64,000 bases of DNA from a bacterium (GTDB taxonomy: Bacteria; UBA8248), in the NCBI GenBank assembly GCA_965202625.1, contig CBDBBI010000010.1, forward strand, positions 2,080,001 to 2,144,000. The letters are read 5' to 3'. Numbering within the stretch: the first letter of the stretch is position 1; the number at the start of each line of letters is the position of its first letter. The position numbers and the translations under genes were made by a program. This document shows, in pieces, positions 57,581 through 64,000 of the stretch. The notes beneath the pieces were generated by a model that worked only from the letters and a program-made list of their open reading frames with translations, was not told where the DNA came from and searched no databases.

Positions 57581-60500
57581 ATGTCCGGAGATGATCGGCG
57601 CGCGACGCTCGAGACCGTCTTCGACGGCGCACTCCTCACGCGCGATTTCCTCGAGGCCGGCATCACCGGAATGGAGGAGTGGGAAGCGTTTGACGACTCC
57701 GCCCTGGACGCCCTCGAAAGCGCGCTTTGCGAGGTTTTCGGGCGTTTTCCGACGGACGGCACGCCCAACGAGAGCCAGACGGAGGACGACCTCATCTGGC
57801 CCGTCCTTGAGCGCCTCGGGTGGAGCGCGCACCTGCGCCAGCAGAATCTCTCGCCACGCGGCAGACGCGAGGTGCCCGACGGCCTCCTGTTCGAGGATGC
57901 GGCGGCGAAGGCCCGCGCCAATGGCCTTTCCTCCGAATGGCGGCGCTATGCGTTCGGCCTCGCCATGGTGGAGTGCAAACGCTGGGGGCTTCCGCTCGAC
58001 CGCCGCTCCGACAGCGAGGAAACAGCGCCCGCACCCTCCACCCAGATGTCGCTCGGCTTCTCCGCGCGCGCGAGGAGAGCCAACAGACGCCCGACCCAGG
58101 CGCCCGCACCCTCCACCCAGATGCTCCACTATCTGCGGCGCGCGGACGACCTGACGGACGGCAGCCTCCGTTGGGGCGTCCTCACCAACGGGGCGCGCTG
58201 GCGGCTCTACTACTCCGGTGCGCGTTCGGTTTCCGAGCAGTTCTTCGAGGCCGACCTCGCGCGCATCCTGCATCCGCCCGGGCGCGAGGAGGACGCATCC
58301 GCTCTCGACGAAGACGCGCGCCGCCACTGCCTCAAAGCGTTCGCGCTCATGTTTCGGTGCGAAGCCTTTCTGCCGACCGCAGAGGGTGGGCGCGCGTTTC
58401 ACCAGCGCGCGATGGAGGAGGGGCGGCGCTACGAGGAGCGCGTCGCCGACGATCTTTCCGCTCTGGTGTTCCAGAAAATTTTCCCCGATCTCGCCGCTGC
58501 CATCGCCGCCGCCGCCCCCGACGCCCCGCTGGAGGAGGCGCGCGAGGCCGCCCTGGTCGTCCTGTATCGTCTTTTGTTCATCTTCTACGCGGAGGACAGA
58601 AACCTCCTCCCCGTTCGGGACGATCGCTACGACGCCCTGAGCCTGCGCCAGAGGGTGCGCGACGACGTCGGGCACCGCATGAGCCGGAACGACCGATCCT
58701 TCTCGACGCGCGCGACCGCCTACTGGTCGGCGTTTGGCGATCTTTGTCGGCTGATTGATGCGGGCGACGCCTCCATCGGCCTGCCGCCTTATAACGGCGG
58801 GCTTTTTGATCCGGCGCGCACGCCGGTTCTCGACCGGGTACGTCTCGACGATAGCCTGATGGCGGGCATGGTGGACGCCCTCTCGTTCGAGAAAACGCAA
58901 GCCGGCCGCCGCTACATCAACTACCGGGATCTCGGCGTCCAGCAGCTGGGCTCGATTTACGAGCGCCTGCTCGAGTATGAGGTCGTCCGCCTCGGAAGCG
59001 AAGTCGATGTCCGCCTCAACGCCTTCGCGCGCAGGGGCTCAGGCAGCTACTACACGCCGGACGATCTGGTCGGCCTCATCATCGAGGAGACGGTCGGCCC
59101 GCTCGTTCGCGCGCGGATGGACGCTTTCGGGGAGGCGGCGGCAAAACGCGCGGGAAAGCGGAAAGTTACAGAAGAGGAGCGCGCGGGGCTGGAGAGGTGC
59201 GATCCGGCGGAGCGCATTCTGGAGATGAGAGTCTGCGACCCGGCGATGGGCTCGGGGCATTTCCTCGTCAACCTCGTGGACTACCTCGCCGACAGGGTCA
59301 TCGAGGCCATGGCCGGAGCGGAGGCCGCCGCGGAGGGCTACGTCTCGCCGCTGGCCGGACGAATCGAGGAAATCCGCGAGACCATCAAGGCGAACGCGGC
59401 GAAAGGCGTCTGGCGGCTGGAGGAGGCGCAGCTGGACGATCGCCGCATCGTCCGCCGCATGGTGCTCAAGGGCTGCGTTCACGGAGTGGACAAGAACTCC
59501 ATGGCGGTGGAACTCGCCAAGGTGGCGCTCTGGCTCCACACCTTCACGGTGGGCGCACCGCTCAGTTTTCTGGATCACCACCTGCGCTGCGGAGACAGCC
59601 TTTTCGGCGCATGGGTGCGGGAGGGGAGCGAGAGGGCGGAGGCGCGCGGCGGCGCGCTCTTTTTGCGCGAACCCATCCAGCGGGCGATGCGGGCGGCGGC
59701 GCCGATGCGGGAAGTCGAGCGGCTCACCGACGCGGAGATGGCCGAGGCGCGCGAATCCGCCGCGCGCTTCTCCGAGGTGGAGGAGGGAACGGCGCCGCTC
59801 TCCGACCTGCTTTCCTTAGTCCACGCCCTCGACTGGCTACGCCCGAAGGAGGAGGAAGACAAAGCCGCGCTTCAAGGCTTCTTCTCCGGCGCGTTCGGCG
59901 ATCCGCTCGATATCGTCCAGGGCACAGCGCCGAGGGACGGGCGGGGGTCGAGGCGCCTCGCCGCCATTCTTGAGCGCGCGCGGATGCTGATGGAGGAGGA
60001 GCGCTTTTTCCACTGGCAGGTGGCGTTTCCCGGCGTGTGGTCGGAGTGGGAGCGCGCGGAACGCCAAGGTGGTTTCGACGCCGTTATCGGCAATCCGCCC
60101 TGGGACAGGGTGAAGCTCCAGCAGGTGGAGTGGTTCGCCGCCCGTCGGCCGGATATCGCCATGGCCCCGCGTGCCGCCGACCGCAAGCGGATGATCGCCG
60201 CGCTGGTGGAGGAGGAAGACCCGCTCGCCGGCGCGTTCGCCAGGGCGAGTGCGCGCGCGGCGGATGCGGCCCGCATGGTGCGAACCTCCGGCGACTACCC
60301 CCTGCTCTCGGGCGGAGACGTGAACCTCTACTCCCTGTTCGTCGAGCGTGCCATGTCTCTGGTGAAGCCGGAAGGTGCAGTCGGCCTGCTCGCACCCTCC
60401 GGCATCGCCTCGGACAAGACGGCGGCGCGGTTCTTTCGGGGCGTGGCGACGGAAGGGCGTCTGCGCGCCCTCTATGACTTCGAGAACAAAAAGGTGTTCT

Positions 60501-61735
60501 TTCCCGCCGTTCACGCATCGTTCAAGTTCTGCGTTTTCGTCGCCGGCGCCTCACCGACTGAAAGGCCGGCCAGGTGCGCGTTCTATGTGCACGACGTATC
60601 GGAACTGAAAGACCCCGAGCGATGCTTCCCCCTCATGCCGGAGAATTTCGCCCGCGTGAACCCGAACACGGGCACCGCCCCCATCTTTCGCACGCGGCGG
60701 GACGCCCGGCTGACCACCGCCATCTACGACCGCCTGCCCGTTCTGGTGAATCGCTCCTCAAACGCGGCGGTGAAGACGTGGCCGGTGAAGTATTCGACCA
60801 TGTTTCACATGACCAACGACTCTGCTCTGTTTCGCACGCGCCGGGAGCTCGAGGAAAACGAGGGTGCCTGGCCGGTTGGCGGCAATCGCTACCGCAGCAG
60901 GGCGGGAGAGTGGGTTCGGCTCTATGAGGGCAAGATGGTACAGGCGTTCGACCACCGCGCGGCCCGCGTCGTCGTGAACCCCGGAAATACGCACCGTCCC
61001 GCTCAGCCCGTACCCGCCACCCTGGCACAGCATGAGGATCCGGACTGGCTGCCCGATCCGCAGTATTGGGTGTTGAAGAGCGAAATATCATTTCCAAGGG
61101 CATCATATTTGCTAACGTTCAAGGACGTGACCGCACCTACCAACGTCCGATCCATGATTGCGACGTTGATCCCAAACGGAGGTGCCGGGAATACGCTTCC
61201 TGTCGTGTTAATGGATGAAAGACAAACCGCCGGAGAAACTGCGAGCTTGCTTGCTAATTTCAATGCGATACCGTTTGACTATGTTGCGCGCCAGAAAATT
61301 CAGGGCCAGCATCTCAACTGGTATATCGTCGAACAGCTCCCCGTCGTTCCGCCCGAAACGTTTGAGACTACCCTCTTTGGCCCTAAAACTGCCGGAGAGA
61401 TTGTGCGGGAAGCCGTCCTGGAGCTCACCTACACCGCCCACGACATGGCACCCTTCGCCCGGGATATGGGCTACGTGGATGATGCGGGCGAGGTGCGCGC
61501 ACCCTTCGTCTGGAACGAGGAGCGTCGTCTGCGGCTTCGGGCGAAGCTGGACGCCGTGTTCTTTCATCTCTACGGCGTTGCGGATCGGGACGAGGCGGCC
61601 TACGTCTATTCCACCTTCCCCATCGTCGAGGCCCAGGAGAAGAAGGCTTGCGGCTGCTACCGCTCGCGCGACCTGTGCCTCGCCTGGATGAACGCCCTCG
61701 CCGCCGGCGCACCGGATGCGGACGTGTGCCTGTGA
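57581..61735 (+). CDS. Type IIG restriction-modification enzyme (Eco57I-like fused nuclease, N6-adenine methyltransferase and TRD)
   Basis: VPDGLLF...VECKRW nuclease, WGVLTNG, YNGGLF, LGSIYERLL, GSYYTP, DPAMGSGHFL (motif I), FDAVIGNPPW (motif IV). Confidence 0.92.
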   Translation: MSGDDRRATLETVFDGALLTRDFLEAGITGMEEWEAFDDSALDALESALCEVFGRFPTDGTPNESQTEDDLIWPVLERLGWSAHLRQQNLSPRGRREVPDGLLFEDAAAKARANGLSSEWRRYAFGLAMVECKRWGLPLDRRSDSEETAPAPSTQMSLGFSARARRANRRPTQAPAPSTQMLHYLRRADDLTDGSLRWGVLTNGARWRLYYSGARSVSEQFFEADLARILHPPGREEDASALDEDARRHCLKAFALMFRCEAFLPTAEGGRAFHQRAMEEGRRYEERVADDLSALVFQKIFPDLAAAIAAAAPDAPLEEAREAALVVLYRLLFIFYAEDRNLLPVRDDRYDALSLRQRVRDDVGHRMSRNDRSFSTRATAYWSAFGDLCRLIDAGDASIGLPPYNGGLFDPARTPVLDRVRLDDSLMAGMVDALSFEKTQAGRRYINYRDLGVQQLGSIYERLLEYEVVRLGSEVDVRLNAFARRGSGSYYTPDDLVGLIIEETVGPLVRARMDAFGEAAAKRAGKRKVTEEERAGLERCDPAERILEMRVCDPAMGSGHFLVNLVDYLADRVIEAMAGAEAAAEGYVSPLAGRIEEIRETIKANAAKGVWRLEEAQLDDRRIVRRMVLKGCVHGVDKNSMAVELAKVALWLHTFTVGAPLSFLDHHLRCGDSLFGAWVREGSERAEARGGALFLREPIQRAMRAAAPMREVERLTDAEMAEARESAARFSEVEEGTAPLSDLLSLVHALDWLRPKEEEDKAALQGFFSGAFGDPLDIVQGTAPRDGRGSRRLAAILERARMLMEEERFFHWQVAFPGVWSEWERAERQGGFDAVIGNPPWDRVKLQQVEWFAARRPDIAMAPRAADRKRMIAALVEEEDPLAGAFARASARAADAARMVRTSGDYPLLSGGDVNLYSLFVERAMSLVKPEGAVGLLAPSGIASDKTAARFFRGVATEGRLRALYDFENKKVFFPAVHASFKFCVFVAGASPTERPARCAFYVHDVSELKDPERCFPLMPENFARVNPNTGTAPIFRTRRDARLTTAIYDRLPVLVNRSSNAAVKTWPVKYSTMFHMTNDSALFRTRRELEENEGAWPVGGNRYRSRAGEWVRLYEGKMVQAFDHRAARVVVNPGNTHRPAQPVPATLAQHEDPDWLPDPQYWVLKSEISFPRASYLLTFKDVTAPTNVRSMIATLIPNGGAGNTLPVVLMDERQTAGETASLLANFNAIPFDYVARQKIQGQHLNWYIVEQLPVVPPETFETTLFGPKTAGEIVREAVLELTYTAHDMAPFARDMGYVDDAGEVRAPFVWNEERRLRLRAKLDAVFFHLYGVADRDEAAYVYSTFPIVEAQEKKACGCYRSRDLCLAWMNALAAGAPDADVCL
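58025..58123 (+). repeat. 24-bp direct repeat flanking an in-frame insertion (75-bp period)
   Basis: GCGCCCGCACCCTCCACCCAGATG at 58025-58048 and 58100-58123; encodes APAPSTQM twice. Confidence 0.85.
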
Positions 61736-61823
61736 TAAAATGTAGCGGGCTGTGCGTGTTGCCAGGGCATGATCAACAAATCACTTTTTGGATAAGGTGA
61801 ACGGGAATTTTGGGATATCACAT

Positions 61824-62051
61824 ATGGTCAAGGTAGCGAGAGTTTCTGGGCGTGAGGCGGCCCGAGTGTTTGAAAAAGCGGGATGGGTTTTTGGCAGACG
61901 GAAGGGTAGCCATATGATCTACGTAAAAGACGGAGCGGAAAGACACCTTTCGATCCCTGATCATAAAACCCTGAAGATCGGACTGCTCATCAAGTTGATA
62001 AAAGCCGCGGGGCTGACGCCGCAAGAGTTTGAAGAATTGGGGCGAAAATAG
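61824..62051 (+). CDS. hicA: HicA family toxin (mRNA interferase)
   Basis: SGREAARVFEKAGW...RRKGSHMIY...LSIPDHKTLKIGLLIKLIKAAGLT. Confidence 0.92.
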   Translation: MVKVARVSGREAARVFEKAGWVFGRRKGSHMIYVKDGAERHLSIPDHKTLKIGLLIKLIKAAGLTPQEFEELGRK

Positions 62052-62071
62052 GCTATAGTCGTGGAGGAGGC

Positions 62072-62188
62072 ATGATGAGTGCCGATAAAAAAGACCTGAT
62101 ATGTGTTGACAAAACTGTGTTTGACGCCAAAAGTTTGACTGACGCCAAAAGTTTGACGCCAAACGGAAAATATCTTATATTTTATTAA
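62072..62188 (+). CDS. Putative 38-aa small ORF between hicA and hicB
   Basis: GGAGGAGG RBS, then ATGATG; MMSADKKDLICVDKTVFDAKSLTDAKSLTPNGKYLIFY*. Confidence 0.4.
   Translation: MMSADKKDLICVDKTVFDAKSLTDAKSLTPNGKYLIFY
62122..62163. repeat. 18-bp tandem duplication plus a partial third copy
   Basis: TGACGCCAAAAGTTTGAC at 62122-62139 and 62140-62157; TGACGCCAAA again at 62154-62163. Confidence 0.85.
62153..62181 (+). promoter_or_regulatory. Sigma70-type promoter upstream of hicB
   Basis: TTGACG-N17-TATATT; another TTGACA at 62106-62111. Confidence 0.55.
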
Positions 62189-62280
62189 ATATCAGGTTGG
62201 TGCTGGGCCGACCTCAAGCGAACGCGAGAGAGACGATGGGGTGTAATGAAGCACACACCCTAAAGGAAGAGAGAGCCGCG

Positions 62281-62580
62281 ATGAAGCAATATATTCATGT
62301 TCTCAATAAAAGCAGTTATGGCTCGTTCCGGATCGCCCTGGAGCCAGACGAGGTGGACGGCGGATACGTCGCCGAGTGCTTGGACCTCGAAGGCTGCTTT
62401 TCAGAGGGCGATACCCAGGAAAGCGCGCTTGCCAACATTGGCGAGGCGATAGAGGGCGTATGCGAATCCATGATGGAACACCACGGGCGCGTCATGCACT
62501 CCACCGAGAGTTCTGACACGCATTCGGAATCCTCGGAAGAGATATACACCAGCACGCCTCGCACTCTCAAATACGCATAG
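62281..62580 (+). CDS. hicB: HicB family antitoxin (short, no obvious DNA-binding domain)
   Basis: LEPDEVDGGYVAECLDLEGCFSEGDTQESALANIGEAIEG; Ser/Glu-rich tail. Confidence 0.9.
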   Translation: MKQYIHVLNKSSYGSFRIALEPDEVDGGYVAECLDLEGCFSEGDTQESALANIGEAIEGVCESMMEHHGRVMHSTESSDTHSESSEEIYTSTPRTLKYA

Positions 62581-62595
62581 CCCTCACCGCTGCCG

Positions 62596-62632
62596 CCCCT
62601 GACGCAGACGTGCGTCTGTGAGGGGGTTTTGT
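62596..62632 (+). terminator. Putative intrinsic terminator after hicB
   Basis: CCCCT-GA-CGCAGAC-GTGC-GTCTGTG-AGGGG followed by GTTTTGT. Confidence 0.5.
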
Positions 62633-62725
62633 GCTACTCCTGCCTTATAATTGCCGTCGGCGGATAAGTCGCATATCATGCACGCGAAATAGAATGGAGG
62701 CGGAAAGCGCGGGAGGAGAGGCGTC

Positions 62726-63199
62726 GTGACCGAACGGCTCTTGTCGGACGACGAACGCAAGGCGTATCGTTCGCTCCCGAAGCGCGTCACCAACCCCGGG
62801 GCGCGCTGGAGCGGCAAGCCCGGCCATCGGCAACGGCGTTACGAAGCTGTTTCCGAAGATGAAGCGCGCGCGCAATTTCTGATATATCTCCGGCAAAATC
62901 TCCACGACGAGATAGATTTCTCCTGCGGTCTCGCGCTGATTCAGAATAGCGGGCAACTTTTCAGTCTCGCGCGCTACAACGGCGCGAATCATCTCCATGG
63001 CGCCATCGCGCATCGTTGCCACATCCATCGCGCCACGGCGGAGGCACTCTCCGCCGGAAAAAAACTCGATAGCCATGCGGAGGAAACGGACAGATACCGG
63101 ACTTTGGATGGCGCGCTTGCCTGCCTGATCGAAGATTGCGCCGTTCAGGGTCTGGCCGCTAAACCCGATCATCCGGAGTTGTTTGATGACGTTGGATAA
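62726..63199 (+). CDS. Uncharacterised His-rich protein (DUF6978-like)
   Basis: RBS GGAGGAG; DFSCGL...LARYNGANHLH...CHIHRAT motifs; overlaps the next gene. Confidence 0.75.
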   Translation: MTERLLSDDERKAYRSLPKRVTNPGARWSGKPGHRQRRYEAVSEDEARAQFLIYLRQNLHDEIDFSCGLALIQNSGQLFSLARYNGANHLHGAIAHRCHIHRATAEALSAGKKLDSHAEETDRYRTLDGALACLIEDCAVQGLAAKPDHPELFDDVG

Positions 63200-63968
63200 A
63201 ACGGGACTGGAAAAAACCCTGTGCGAGAGGTTATGCAGAAGCGTCCGGATACATCAGCGGGCAGACGTGGTTCTCATGCTGGACACGCCGTTCACCTTTC
63301 CAGACGGCGATCACTATCCGATCTATCTCTCCGAGGGCCGCGCCGGCGGCGTGATCTTAAGCGATCGCGGACATACGCTCATGCACGCGAGCTACGAGCA
63401 CGACGTCGATGCTTTCTACGACGGTTCGCGCGCGGTGCTGCGCGAGCAGATTGTCCGTGAGGCGGGGATTGAGGAGAACGAGGGCGTTTTTACCATTGAG
63501 GCGGTACCGGATGGCGTTGCGGACGCTCTTTTCACCTTCGGCCAGGCGTTGACGAAGATCTACGACCTCACCTTTTTGAGCCGCGCGCGGGTCGCTTCTA
63601 CTTTTTACGAAGACCTGAAAGCCTTGCTTTTCAGGATGATAGACGCGCAAAAGATAGAGAGGGACTACATACCGGCGGACGTTCCGAACGGGGCGGACTA
63701 TCCTGTAGATTACCGAATCGCGGGCAAGCACGACGTTCCGATATTCCTCTACGGCGTTCCGGGCCGGGACAAGGCGCGGCTGACGACCATCATGCTGTCC
63801 CACTTTCTGCTGAACCGCCTCTCTTTCGAGTCCGTGATCGTGTTCGCCGATCAACAGCAGATCCCCCGGCTCGACCTCGCCCGGCTGACCAACGTCGCGG
63901 GGACGGCGGTCGCATCCCTGGACGCGGAGGACGACCTGCGCCGCAAAGTCCTTCAACGGGCCGCTTGA
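63186..63968 (+). CDS. DUF1828-like protein with a C-terminal DUF1829-like domain
   Basis: LDTPFTFPDGDHYPIYL...ILSDRGHTLM, STFYEDL, YPVDYRI. Confidence 0.78.
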   Translation: MTLDKTGLEKTLCERLCRSVRIHQRADVVLMLDTPFTFPDGDHYPIYLSEGRAGGVILSDRGHTLMHASYEHDVDAFYDGSRAVLREQIVREAGIEENEGVFTIEAVPDGVADALFTFGQALTKIYDLTFLSRARVASTFYEDLKALLFRMIDAQKIERDYIPADVPNGADYPVDYRIAGKHDVPIFLYGVPGRDKARLTTIMLSHFLLNRLSFESVIVFADQQQIPRLDLARLTNVAGTAVASLDAEDDLRRKVLQRAA

Positions 63969-64000
63969 TCCTCCCGTTGACGCCGCTCCCCGCCCGTGAA

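Noticed and set aside
57581-61735. BREX (PglX) or DISARM system
   Set aside because: No brxC/pglZ/brxL or drmA/drmB helicase genes nearby in the window. The protein has its own N-terminal nuclease motif, fitting a stand-alone type IIG enzyme.

Overview
GC-rich bacterial chromosomal window, probably from a metagenome or long-read assembly. Gene content suggests a Nitrospinota/Tectomicrobia- or Deltaproteobacteria-like organism, but this is inference only. Positions 1-56.2 kb are mostly housekeeping and metabolic: gmk (partial), yicC, rqcH, hemW, a GAF-sigma54 activator, cbtA, USP, rimK-like ligase, proA, an 11-gene A1-type cytochrome c oxidase operon, tRNA-Arg(ACG), a Na+:solute symporter/TPR cluster, a TAXI-TRAP transporter, a two-domain thyX, an RND pump, queG, cytochrome c', gatAB, and a degP-dacZ (diadenylate cyclase) unit. 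Positions 56.3-64 kb form a defence island: an Mrr-like endonuclease, a type IIG restriction-modification enzyme, a split hicA/small ORF/hicB locus, and an uncharacterised overlapping two-gene module (HxH-motif protein plus DUF1828-like protein). That module is the best candidate for an undescribed system. Features absent from or misrepresented in the ORF track include an in-frame TAG in a TPR-like gene, two homopolymer frameshifts (TRAP permease and thyX), two small ORFs with good RBSs, a sigma54 promoter with candidate enhancer sites, a 75-bp repeat-flanked insertion in the type IIG nuclease domain, and one ORF with the wrong strand label. All family calls come from motif recognition by eye; no searches were run.
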